From an uncultured cyanobacterium (GTDB taxonomy: Bacteria; Cyanobacteriota; Cyanobacteriia; Leptolyngbyales; Leptolyngbyaceae), in NCBI GenBank assembly GCA_963766075.1, contig CAVYAN010000113.1, positions 32,845-96,844 of the forward strand: DNA of 64,000 nt. Direction: 5' to 3'. Shown here in pieces: positions 31,627 to 41,331 of the stretch. The notes below the pieces were generated by a model that saw nothing but the letters and a program-made list of their open reading frames with translations, was not told where the DNA came from and did no database searches. Each line of letters starts with the position of its first letter. Position 1 is the stretch's first letter. The translations under genes were made by a program, and so were the position numbers.

Positions 31627-32409
31627 ATGGCAGAACCATTGATCGAGCTAAAGGGCGTCTGCAAGCAGTTTGGTGGCAATGTAGTCTTGGATCATGTGGA
31701 CCTGACCATTTACCGCGGCGAAGCGTTGGCCATTGTTGGTCCTTCAGGGACGGGCAAATCGACGATTCTGCGCATTGTGGCAGGACTGCTGGCCCCGGAT
31801 GCGGGTGAGGTTTATGTGATGGGGCAGCGACGTCAGGGACTGATTGAGGATGCCGAGGATCCCATTGGAATTGGCATGGTGTTTCAGCAAGCGGCGCTAT
31901 TTGATTCGTTGACGGTGGCGGAAAATGTCGGGTTTTTGCTATACCAGCACTCTAATCTGTCCCGTCGTCGGATTCGGCAATTGGTGGCCGATCGCTTAGA
32001 AATGGTGGGATTGGGGGATATTGGCGATCGCTATCCGGCCCAGCTTTCTGGGGGCATGCGCAAGCGTGTCAGTTTTGCTCGGGCAATTATGGCCAATCCT
32101 GATCGACCTCAGGATGCGCCTGCCGTGCTGCTGTACGATGAACCCACAGCGGGTTTAGATCCGATTGCCTCGACGGTGATTGAGGACTTGGTCCGGCAGT
32201 TGCAGGGAGCAGGGGGCGGCTGTGCTAGCTACGTCATGGTGACCCACCAAGACAGCACGATTCGCCGCACGGCAGACCGGATCATTATGCTCTATCAGGG
32301 CAAGGTGAAATGGGAAGGTCGGGTTCACGAAATTGATGTTACCGATAATCCTCTGGTGCGCCAATTTTTTAGTGGCAGTATTGAGGGTCCGATTCAAGTT
32401 GTAGGTTAG
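31627..32409 (+). CDS. mlaF: MlaF/TGD3-like lipid ABC transporter ATPase
   Basis: GPSGTGKS, LSGGMRKRVSFARA, YDEPTAGLDPIAST; adjacent to an MCE gene. Confidence 0.85.
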   Translation: MAEPLIELKGVCKQFGGNVVLDHVDLTIYRGEALAIVGPSGTGKSTILRIVAGLLAPDAGEVYVMGQRRQGLIEDAEDPIGIGMVFQQAALFDSLTVAENVGFLLYQHSNLSRRRIRQLVADRLEMVGLGDIGDRYPAQLSGGMRKRVSFARAIMANPDRPQDAPAVLLYDEPTAGLDPIASTVIEDLVRQLQGAGGGCASYVMVTHQDSTIRRTADRIIMLYQGKVKWEGRVHEIDVTDNPLVRQFFSGSIEGPIQVVG

Positions 32410-32441
32410 GTCCAGGTTAGGTGCCGTGAGGAGAGACGACG

Positions 32442-33617
32442 ATGCGATCGCGAATGATTCGAGAAGGCTCGGTCGGGTTACTGATCCTGCTGGGACTGGG
32501 GCTATTTACCGGCGTGGTGCTGTGGGTGCGGGGTATTCAATTGGGTGCGCGCAGCTATAAGTTGGTGCTGATGTTTGACAGCGTCATTGGCATGGATGTA
32601 GGGACCCCCGTGCGCTATCGGGGGGTGCAGGTGGGGCGGATTGTGGCTACGCGTCCGGGCCCCAATGGCGTGGATGTCGATGTGGAAATTTCTCCGCCGG
32701 ATTTAATCATCCCCAAAAATGTGGTGGTGGAAGCGAATCAATCGGGACTGTTGGGCGCGGCGGCGATCGACATTACTCCGCTGAAAAATCTGTCCGGTAC
32801 CGTGAGTGCTAAACCCTTGGACCAAGGCTGCGATCGCACGCTGATCCTGTGCGACAAATCTCAAGTGCCTGCCGCGATCGGCGTCAGCGTTGATCAACTG
32901 ATTCGCAGTTCTGTGCAATTTACCGCTGCCTACAGCGATCCAAAATTTTTGGCTAATGTCAACGCCGTTGCTAAAAACAGCGCCGAAGCCGCCGCCGAAA
33001 TCACGAAGTTAACGCGCGAATTTGGGGCTTTGGCACGCCTTGCCCAAGGACAAGTCGCAACCTTTTCGACTGCCGCCCAATCAGCCCAAGGCGCGGCAAC
33101 CCAAATTGGCCTTACGGCGGCTCAGGTGAACGATCTGTTGGCTGCCAATCGGTCCACCCTGGTCAGCACGCTCAACAACATCAATGCCCTGACGGGGGAA
33201 CTCCGTACCACCGTCGCGACCCTCAACCCCGCTGTCGGTAAGCTGACCCAAGGGGAACTAATCCGCAATCTAGAAACTCTGTCTGCTAACGCTGCCCAAG
33301 CCTCTAGCAATCTACGAGACGTCTCCCAGGCGCTCAACAGTCCCGCTAATTTAGCGGTTCTGCAACAAACACTGGATTCGGCTCGAGCCACCTTTCAAAA
33401 TGCCCAAAAAATTACCGCTGATCTAGACGAATTGACGGGTGATCCCCAGTTCCGGACCAATCTTCGTAACTTAGTCAATGGGCTGAGTGGCCTGGTTTCC
33501 TCTACCGAGCAACTCCAGAAGCAGGCTCAACTGGCGCAGATCCTCACGCCGGCCAGTCCCTCGGTTTCCCCATCTGCCCCTGCGGGGCCAAGTAACGCGG
33601 GGCCAATTAAGAATTAG
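32442..33617 (+). CDS. mlaD: MlaD/MCE family protein (Ycf22-like)
   Basis: N-terminal TM, GTPVRYRGVQVG MCE motif, long helical C-terminus. Confidence 0.88.
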   Translation: MRSRMIREGSVGLLILLGLGLFTGVVLWVRGIQLGARSYKLVLMFDSVIGMDVGTPVRYRGVQVGRIVATRPGPNGVDVDVEISPPDLIIPKNVVVEANQSGLLGAAAIDITPLKNLSGTVSAKPLDQGCDRTLILCDKSQVPAAIGVSVDQLIRSSVQFTAAYSDPKFLANVNAVAKNSAEAAAEITKLTREFGALARLAQGQVATFSTAAQSAQGAATQIGLTAAQVNDLLAANRSTLVSTLNNINALTGELRTTVATLNPAVGKLTQGELIRNLETLSANAAQASSNLRDVSQALNSPANLAVLQQTLDSARATFQNAQKITADLDELTGDPQFRTNLRNLVNGLSGLVSSTEQLQKQAQLAQILTPASPSVSPSAPAGPSNAGPIKN

Positions 33618-33931
33618 CCAATTAAAAATTAAAAGTGAAAATTCCAGCGCTGTCGAAGATCATGCCTGAAATGCTGGTTCCAGTGTTTCAGGATGGGATC
33701 GTTCCCTAAGGCTCGGTGGGCCCTTTTTGGTTTTTAGTTTTTAGACGATTTCTGATAAATAATGGACTGCTGACTATCCTATGGGAAGCAAGCCCCGACT
33801 CCGTTCCGCCAGCGAGAGATTGCTCCCTGAGCGCAGTCGCAGGGAACGCAGTCGCAGGAAACAATCTCGGCGGATATAATTTTTCTGGAAATCGCCTTAA
33901 TTATTCCATCCAGAATATCCTCCTCTTCGAG

Positions 33932-34552
33932 ATGCTTGCTGCGCTCTTTTCTAGCCTTTTTGCATTTGTTGCCACTAATCTCGATGATTTGGTGATTTTG
34001 ATGCTGTTTTTTGTCCAGGTGAATGCACGGTTTCAGGCCCAGCATATTGTGATTGGGCAATATTTGGGGTTTGGGGCGCTAGTGCTGGCTAGTTTGCCGG
34101 GTTTTTTTGGCGGAATGTTGGTTTCAAAGCCGTTGATTGGGCTGTTGGGCGGGTTACCGATCGCTGTGGGGCTGCTAAAACTGCGTGATCTCGATGGGGA
34201 TGAGGTGGCAGCGGTGTCAATAGAGCCTATCAATGCTCAGAGACCCGCGATCGCTAGTATCTTGAACCCCCAAACGTTTAACGTTGCGGCAGTGACCTTT
34301 GCCAATGGTGGGGACAATATCGGCATTTATGTTCCCCTGTTTGCTGGCAGCAGTTGGGCGAGGCTGGGGCTGACGCTGGGAGTATTTTTTCTGATGGTGG
34401 GTCTATGGTGTTGGCTGGCCTACTGGTTAGGCCGTCATCGGGCGATCGCCCCGTTGCTCAGCCGCTATAGCCATCGTTTGGTCCCCTGGATCCTGATTGG
34501 CTTGGGAATTTATATTTTGGTAGAAAATCAAAGCTGGAAGCTGTGGTGGTAA
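33932..34552 (+). CDS. cadD: CadD family cadmium resistance transporter
   Basis: AFVATNLDD, IVIGQYLGF, VTFANGGDNIGIYVPLF. Confidence 0.88.
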   Translation: MLAALFSSLFAFVATNLDDLVILMLFFVQVNARFQAQHIVIGQYLGFGALVLASLPGFFGGMLVSKPLIGLLGGLPIAVGLLKLRDLDGDEVAAVSIEPINAQRPAIASILNPQTFNVAAVTFANGGDNIGIYVPLFAGSSWARLGLTLGVFFLMVGLWCWLAYWLGRHRAIAPLLSRYSHRLVPWILIGLGIYILVENQSWKLWW

Positions 34553-34601
34553 GTGTCGGCCTGAATCTGGGTATTTGAATCTGGGGATCCCGGCTTCTGA
34601 G

Positions 34602-36180
34602 TTATCCCAGCCACTTATGGGAACCATAATCCACCCATTGATGGATCAGGTAAATTCCAGAAATGCCCGAGAGGCCGGATAAAACGGCATAGGCAACTTT
34701 CCTAGGCAGAGGGCGCATTAGATAGCCGAGGGCCAGAAAGATAAAGGGCAGGGCGAAAACATAGCGCCCTAGGCTGACCAAGCGATCTTGGGTAAAGAAG
34801 GCGATCGCTGAATGGCCCAAGGCAAAGTACGCCGAAAACCAAAATAAATAGTTTGTTCTCTAGTGAAAACATCTCTAGACGGGCTGCTAACGTGCTTGTC
34901 TTCGGGGCGTTGGCCTCTGGGGTGTTGGCCTCTAGTGATGGCGGCGGTACGGCCCCGGTGGCTGGGCGCTGTATCAGGGCGGTGGAGGAATGGGTAGGCT
35001 CTTGCTTGTGGAGGTGGGTCTGTGGGCTGGGAAAAAACTTCAGCCGTAGGGATTGAATCCCATAGCTCAGAATTAACGCGGGTGGATAGGCAGCCAGTAG
35101 CAGCCAGCGGGGCGATCGCGGCACAAATCCCGCCAGATTTTTGCCCGTAATAATCAAATAGGTCCACACAAATCCCACAACCACAATCAGTCCGGGCAAA
35201 TACAGCGCCAATAAATCAATGAATGGGGATTTGGGAAACAACAGTAGCTCCGGGTGGATCCCCAGGGCTTTTTTCCAAAGGGCTTGATCCTGAAAGGGCG
35301 CAAAGAAACTGCCCCGGGTCCGCCAACAGAATTCACCATAGAGGGTATAGCCCAAAACGGCAGAAAAGCTAAGTAACCCTGTGGCTTGGAGCGGTTGGCG
35401 GTAGGCCGTTAGGCAATGCTGAACAAAGGCTTTGCCAGGGGTGGGCGCTGCTCTCCACCAGGCGAACAGCAGCAGGGTGGCCAAGGTGGCGATCGCCGCG
35501 GCTACGATCTGCACCATCACGGGGCGAGCTAAGGCCATTAACCCCGTCACCCCGAACAGGGCGAGTCCTCTGGCCCAACCCATGCGGAGCTGGCCGGACG
35601 GTTGGGCAACCGCTAGCCTCTCTAGGGGCAATAGCACCCCCAGCAGAAGTAGGCTCAGGACCCCAAATAAACCCTCCGAGTAACCGTTCACCCGAAAAAT
35701 GGCCATCGGACTGAGGACATAGGCCAAGGCAATGCCAAATCCCACGCCCCGGCCCAACGCGCTTTGGAATAGCCATACGCCCACGGGCAAGGAACCCAGA
35801 AATAGCCCCGTGGCCATGACTAAAAAACCACGTCCGGCCTCGATGAGAGTCTGGGGGTGAAAGACCCAGCGAATTATTCCTGCCCACAGGGGATAAAATG
35901 CCGAACAAGCAGGCTTCAGCGCTAATTGCCCATACAGGGCAATGTCCCAGTAATAGCTGTGGCTACGCCCTGTGAGGGCGGGTAAGGTCTCCGGAGTAAA
36001 AAAGAACTTGCTAAAAGCTGCGGGATTGATCCCCATGCCGATCGCCGCACAGATGACAAAAGCGCAGGCCATTAACCCCGTCGATCTCAGGAGAGCCTGG
36101 GGCGATGTCGTGCTAGAAACCCCGTCCTGTTGCAATCGCGATCGTCCTGACTGCTCCGCCTTTCGCCATGACCGCATCAT
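34602..36180 (-). CDS. Multi-pass membrane protein, putative GT-C/PIG-V-like mannosyltransferase (frameshift near 34850)
   Basis: WD..Y, AFYPLW, P.AIF...YSEGLF, LARP and a C-terminal SLGRY in the next frame, as in PIG-V/Mannosyl_trans2-type proteins. Confidence 0.6.
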
Positions 36181-36222
36181 TTTCCTCGCCGCGCGATTTT
36201 TACTTCCTGGACGCTGCGGCTC

Positions 36223-36510
36223 CTAACTCCAATCTTCCTGCTTATTGGCCCGTCCTTTGTACACCTGCATCGTTGCGTGAATCTGCCGCGTCTTGGCAAA
36301 CAGTTCGGGTTCTGTCAAATTCCACCGCGCCATGGCTTGATTCAAATCCGCTTGGACATCCCGGGCTCCCGGAAATCCCTGATATCGCATCTTCAAGCGG
36401 GCTAACTCTGCCAGATTAAGCTCCGTGGGCTCACCGTTGAGCAGGCCATCGACAATCTGGCGATCTCGGCTCCACAGGGGGTGCTGTTGGTCTTTTCCTT
36501 CCAGGGCCAT
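36223..36510 (-). CDS. DUF3288 family protein
   Basis: DQQHP..DR, LAELARL..RY.GFPGARD..DL, C-terminal EDWS. Confidence 0.85.
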   Translation of the reverse strand: MALEGKDQQHPLWSRDRQIVDGLLNGEPTELNLAELARLKMRYQGFPGARDVQADLNQAMARWNLTEPELFAKTRQIHATMQVYKGRANKQEDWS

Positions 36511-36693
36511 AGGATTTCAAGGGTTTAAGGACTTCAGTGAATCGAGCGTGATGGGAATGGTGACAAACTAAAGGGAATAGTATAACAGTACCTGTTTCTG
36601 CTGCGGGCGTTTGTCGCTGTTTTTGAGTGGGCAAAATTTCTTTGTGCCTAATTTCCAGTCATACATTACACTATCGAAGACGAAAACCCGAAA

Positions 36694-36707
36694 AGTACAA
36701 AAGTACT
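36694..36707. promoter_or_regulatory. Perfect cyanobacterial LexA box
   Basis: AGTAC-AAAA-GTACT in the divergent promoter region between DUF3288 and the FtsL-like/ftsI genes. Confidence 0.7.
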
Positions 36708-36894
36708 AATCTCTCAGCATCATCAGAACCAAGGTTCTCGGTTTGATTTTGGTGACCGCCCCGAGATTGAAGTTTCCCCAGAAAAGCCTCATTTTTCGAG
36801 TCGGGCCGGGTGCAGATCCGGTTATGCTGAGGGGAACTATTCGTCACTCAACCGTTGGACATTGCGCGCCGCCCCATAGAAAGTTCTAACCGAT

Positions 36895-37551
36895 GTGATG
36901 GTTATGTTTAGCCTTGTTAAACCTCCCCTGAAAGCCTCTCCTAGACCCGCGCTGCGATCGCGTCCTGCTGTCGCTCCGCCATCGAACCCCACGCGTCGAA
37001 GGGTGGCAAAATCTTCCACGGCGCAGACCCGGTTACAATCCAGCACGCAACTCCAATCCAGCACGCAACTCCAGTCTGCCACCCGCCTCCAATCCGCCAC
37101 GCAACTCCAGTCTGCCACCCGACTTCAATCCGCTACTTCGCACGCTTCTGCCACTTCGCATTCTAGCGTCGTGCGGCCCTTTCCAAAACGGCGGCCTTTA
37201 CCCCTTTGGTTGCGTTTTCTCATGCGCTTGCAGCGTGGTTCTCTATTAGTCACTTTCCTGCTGGCGGGCAGCGTTTTGTTGGTTTATGGCACCACGGTGT
37301 ATACCCAGCAGCGCTGGAGCCAGGGCTATCGCCAGTTGCAGGAAGCCCAGCGCCAAGAGCGACAGATGCAAACCGCCGCTGAAGCAATGAAGGACCAACT
37401 GGCCAAGCAAGCGGAACATCCTAAGTCCGGTCTTGTGCCCAAATCTCCAGAGACCCAAATTATTGTGCCCCTGGCACCTGCCAGTGCTGAAAAGCCGAAT
37501 CAAACGTTCGGTGCTCCTGCTACGGCACCCAGTAGTGCGGTCGGGTACTAG
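36895..37551 (+). CDS. FtsL-like cell division protein (single TM plus coiled coil)
   Basis: Basic disordered N-terminus, TM (LLVTFLLAGSVLLVYGTTVY), coiled coil, directly upstream of ftsI. Confidence 0.65.
   Translation: MMVMFSLVKPPLKASPRPALRSRPAVAPPSNPTRRRVAKSSTAQTRLQSSTQLQSSTQLQSATRLQSATQLQSATRLQSATSHASATSHSSVVRPFPKRRPLPLWLRFLMRLQRGSLLVTFLLAGSVLLVYGTTVYTQQRWSQGYRQLQEAQRQERQMQTAAEAMKDQLAKQAEHPKSGLVPKSPETQIIVPLAPASAEKPNQTFGAPATAPSSAVGY
37029..37136 (+). repeat. In-frame 18-bp tandem repeat, (R/Q)LQS(S/A)T x6
   Basis: RLQSST QLQSST QLQSAT RLQSAT QLQSAT RLQSAT in the FtsL-like ORF. Confidence 0.9.
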
Positions 37552-37681
37552 CCTGCTATTGTTGTGCCCTTAGATTGGCGATCGCTGAATCATCCAAATC
37601 CCTTGTCAATCCTTCCGCAACCCTGTACCCTTATTGCCTTGCTGGTGATTTGAAGCCCTTATGCGATCGCACCTCTAACCT

Positions 37682-39532
37682 ATGGGCAGTCCTCCCCGCT
37701 CTGTGAATTATCGGCGTGTGCAGCGCGTTCCCGGTCGTAGCCCATCCCGGAAATCTTCCCGATCTTTGATTTCCCGGTTTTTGGCTTCCCGATTTTTGCC
37801 CTCAGAAGCTTCGGTTGCCAGATTGCTGATGGTGTGGGGAGTGCTAATGGTGGCCACGGCGCTCCTGGGGATCAACCTCTTTCGCCTGCAAGTGACCCAA
37901 GGCCCAGAGTTGCAGCAAAAAGCGCGCGAGCAGCAGCAGATCTTGTTGCGGCCCTTTGTGCCTCGACGACAGATTGTCGATCGCGCGGGTACAGTCGTCG
38001 CCCTGGATCGTCCTGTTTTCACATTGTTTGCCCACCCCATATTGTTCAAGAAATCGCGGCAGGACATCGCTACCCAGCTTGCCCCGATCCTGAACCAGCC
38101 TGTGGATAAACTGCTCAAAATCTTGAACCGTGCCGACAGCGGCATTCGAGTGGAATATGCCTTGCCTGAAGAAACCGTTCAACGGATTAAGGCCCTCGAA
38201 CTCGATGGATTAGAAACTATCCGCTACCAACAGCGGCTGTACCCCCAAAAAGATCTGCTGGCTCCCATCCTGGGCTATGTCAATGACGATCACAAAGGAC
38301 AAGCAGGACTCGAATTCAGTCAGCAAAATTTGCTGGAGCGCCAGGTCAAGTCGGTGCGGTTGACCCGCATGGGCAATGGGTCCTTAATGCCGGATCAGAT
38401 TCCCGGTGGCTTTTTGAGCCAGGATGACTGGCAACTTCAGTTGACGTTGGACAGTCGGTTACAGCGGGTGGCCTTAGCAGCCCTGCGCCAAAAAATTAAG
38501 GAATATAACGCCAAGCAAGGGGCGGTGATTGTGATGGATGCCAATGATGGCTCTCTATTGGCCTTGGCCAGCGACCCCAGCTATGATCCCAATCTTTACT
38601 ACAAGTACCCGGTGGAACGCTATCGGAATTGGGCGATATCGGACTTGTATGAGCCGGGATCGACGTTTAAATCGGTGAATGTGGCGATCGCCCTCGAAAC
38701 GGGATCCGTCAAACCAGATAGCGTCTTCAACGATGAAGGGCAAATTTCCATCGACGAATGGAGTATTGAAAACTCTGACTACAGTAGTGCCGGAGGTCGG
38801 GGTGCCCTCTCTGTTGGGGATATTCTGAAATACTCCAGTAATGTGGGCATGGTCCACATTATTCAGCAAATGAAATCGGACCTCTATTACAACTGGCTGC
38901 GGCGGCTGGGCCTTGGTGAAAGCGCGGGGATTGATCTGCCCTCGGAGGCCAGTGGCCAGTTCAAAGATCGCAAAACCTTTACTGGCTCACCGATTGAGCC
39001 TGCCACAACCGCCTTTGGCCAGGGCTTTTCCCTGACGCCAATTCAACTGGTCCAACTGCAAGGCTCCCTCGCCAATGGCGGTAAACTGGTTACCCCCCAC
39101 GTGGTGCGGGGATTGTTTGACAGCAAAGGCAACCCCTACTGGCAACCTGCCTTTCCGCCGGATCGTCAGGTTTTTTCCAAAGCCACGACCCAAACGGTGG
39201 TTAGTATGATGGAGGCCGTTGTCGCTGACGGCACCGGGAAACATGCCCAAGTCCCCGGCTATCGGGTGGCGGGGAAAACAGGTACCGCCCAAAAAGCCGC
39301 GCCCACAGGTGGCTACCTGGAAGGCGCGAAAATTACTAGTTTTGTGTCGATCTTTCCGGCTGATGCGCCGCGCTATGTGATTCTAGCTGTCGTGGATGAG
39401 CCGCAGGGGGATGATGCCTTTGGCGGAACTGTGGCTGCGCCGATTGTCAAGGCTGTGATTGAGGGATTGATTACCCTGGAAAAAATCCCCCCGACGGGAC
39501 CCATTCCACCGAAAACAGAAGCGGCGCAGTAG
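37682..39532 (+). CDS. ftsI: Class B penicillin-binding protein (FtsI/PBP3-like)
   Basis: TM, RRQIVDR, EPGSTFK (SxxK), SSN, KTGTAQ. Confidence 0.9.
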   Translation: MGSPPRSVNYRRVQRVPGRSPSRKSSRSLISRFLASRFLPSEASVARLLMVWGVLMVATALLGINLFRLQVTQGPELQQKAREQQQILLRPFVPRRQIVDRAGTVVALDRPVFTLFAHPILFKKSRQDIATQLAPILNQPVDKLLKILNRADSGIRVEYALPEETVQRIKALELDGLETIRYQQRLYPQKDLLAPILGYVNDDHKGQAGLEFSQQNLLERQVKSVRLTRMGNGSLMPDQIPGGFLSQDDWQLQLTLDSRLQRVALAALRQKIKEYNAKQGAVIVMDANDGSLLALASDPSYDPNLYYKYPVERYRNWAISDLYEPGSTFKSVNVAIALETGSVKPDSVFNDEGQISIDEWSIENSDYSSAGGRGALSVGDILKYSSNVGMVHIIQQMKSDLYYNWLRRLGLGESAGIDLPSEASGQFKDRKTFTGSPIEPATTAFGQGFSLTPIQLVQLQGSLANGGKLVTPHVVRGLFDSKGNPYWQPAFPPDRQVFSKATTQTVVSMMEAVVADGTGKHAQVPGYRVAGKTGTAQKAAPTGGYLEGAKITSFVSIFPADAPRYVILAVVDEPQGDDAFGGTVAAPIVKAVIEGLITLEKIPPTGPIPPKTEAAQ

Positions 39533-39651
39533 TGTCTCGTTGAACCTGAGTATTCCCTCGCCCCACATGGGATGTTGTTCGCCCTTGCAAATGCTAGATT
39601 TGAAGCAGGGGACGGCCTCCCTAATTGTTCTATTGGAGATAGCATGGCGCT

Positions 39652-40329
39652 ATGTTTTTTCATCCCTCTGCGTTAATCCTGATTCCGGGCTTGGTGCTGA
39701 CTCTGTGGGCCCAGAGCCGTGTCAAGGGGACCTATGACAAGTATGCCCGTATTCCTTCGAGCCTGGGGATGACCGGGGCCCAGGTTGCTGAGACCATTCT
39801 GCGCCGCATGGGTGTGCAGGGTGTGGCGGTGGAACCTGTGGCGGGTGAATTGACCGATCACTATGACCCGATGGCGAAGGCGGTGCGCCTATCCGAAGTT
39901 GTTTATGGATCGAGTTCCGTGGCGGCGGCGGCAGTGGCCGCCCATGAGTGTGGCCATGTGCTGCAAGATGTGCACGACTACAAGGCGATGAATGTGCGAG
40001 CGGCACTGGTGCCGCTCGTCAATTTGGGGTCTAACTTTGGGCCGATGTTAGTGATGGTTGGCTTTTTTCTGGGAGCGGCGGGGGGCATCTTTGTCAATAT
40101 TGGCATTGTGTTGTTCTCATTGGTGATTTTGTTCCATGTGGTGACGCTGCCGGTTGAATTTGATGCGTCGCGTCGCGCGCTGAAGCTAATGGATGAGTTT
40201 GGTATTTTGCAAGGTGAAGAACATCGCGGGGCACGGCAGGTGTTGAACGCGGCGGCGTTTACCTACGTGGCGACGGCGCTGGCGGCGCTGTTGCAGTTGA
40301 TTCAGTATTTTTTGATGCGGCGGGATTAG
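39652..40329 (+). CDS. Putative neutral zinc metallopeptidase (YugP-like)
   Basis: LTDHYDP, AAHECGH (HExxH), TLPVEFDASRRA. Confidence 0.9.
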   Translation: MFFHPSALILIPGLVLTLWAQSRVKGTYDKYARIPSSLGMTGAQVAETILRRMGVQGVAVEPVAGELTDHYDPMAKAVRLSEVVYGSSSVAAAAVAAHECGHVLQDVHDYKAMNVRAALVPLVNLGSNFGPMLVMVGFFLGAAGGIFVNIGIVLFSLVILFHVVTLPVEFDASRRALKLMDEFGILQGEEHRGARQVLNAAAFTYVATALAALLQLIQYFLMRRD

Positions 40330-40372
40330 GTCTGGGTGGATTAGGGCCTTACGTAGCAGATTCACCGTGCCA

Positions 40373-40870
40373 CTAACCAGGAATAAACTTCAGCGCTACC
40401 CCGTTCATGCAGTAGCGCTGGCCTGTGGGTTGGGGGCCATCGTTAAACACATGTCCGAGATGGCCGCCACAGCGATGACAATGCACTTCCACCCGAGTCA
40501 TGAAAAAGGAGTTGTCAGTGGTGGTGCCCACGGCTCCGGCGATCGGCGCATAAAAGCTGGGCCAACCCGTGCCACTGTTAAATTTGGTTGTCGATGTGAA
40601 CAGGGGTAGATCACATCCAGCACATGCAAAGGTTCCCTGGCCGTGCTCTTTGTCCAGCGGACTGCTACCCGCCCGCTCTGTGCCGTGTTGGCGTAATACT
40701 TGGAATTGTGCGGGGGTCAAAATCCTGCGCCATTCCTGTTCTGTTTTGGCAATTTCAAAGCCTGTGTTTGCTGTCGCCATTTCTTCTTTTGCCCTCCCTG
40801 GCAAATAATGGGATAACCAAGCTGTACCAACCATTGTGGTACCGGCCCATAGGAAATATCGTTTCTTCAT
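40373..40870 (-). CDS. msrB: Peptide-methionine (R)-S-oxide reductase with N-terminal export-like leader
   Basis: GTER, CAGC, GTGWPSF, CHRCGGHLGHVFNDGP.PTGQRYCMN. Confidence 0.95.
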   Translation of the reverse strand: MKKRYFLWAGTTMVGTAWLSHYLPGRAKEEMATANTGFEIAKTEQEWRRILTPAQFQVLRQHGTERAGSSPLDKEHGQGTFACAGCDLPLFTSTTKFNSGTGWPSFYAPIAGAVGTTTDNSFFMTRVEVHCHRCGGHLGHVFNDGPQPTGQRYCMNGVALKFIPG

Positions 40871-40926
40871 GTTGAGGCCCAGTAAGTCGTTCCGTAATCG
40901 GAAAATCTATCAACTTAGCTATCAGT

Positions 40927-40961
40927 TTGATTATTAAATTGATAATCAATTTAGTAATCAA
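40927..40961. promoter_or_regulatory. 35-bp near-perfect palindrome upstream of msrB (candidate operator)
   Basis: TTGATTATTAAATTGAT-A-ATCAATTTAGTAATCAA: 17-bp arms with one mismatch. Confidence 0.5.
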
Positions 40962-41331
40962 GACTTCCATGCAATAAATTGATAATTTTGGTGTCGATTC
41001 AATCCAGATGAATCCGGTTGAATTCAATCCCGATGATTTGATTCTGACTATGCAGGAAAAATCTGAATAGTTGATGAAAGACATCTTAAAGATGGCTAAG
41101 AATTTGGAGATTACCCATTATGGGGAGGATGGAATTCAAGATAGCCAAGACAGGATGGATACGCCGAGCTGCTGATCTATCCTCCCGATAGTGATGCTGA
41201 GATGGGCTCCGTCTGTTAAATACTCAGCAATGTTCAGCCAATTCTGATTGCGACAGAATAGTTTGGGCTTAATCTCTCTTCCAAGAGTTGGGCATAATAG
41301 GGTGGTGCAGACAACGCTATCCGGTATAGAA

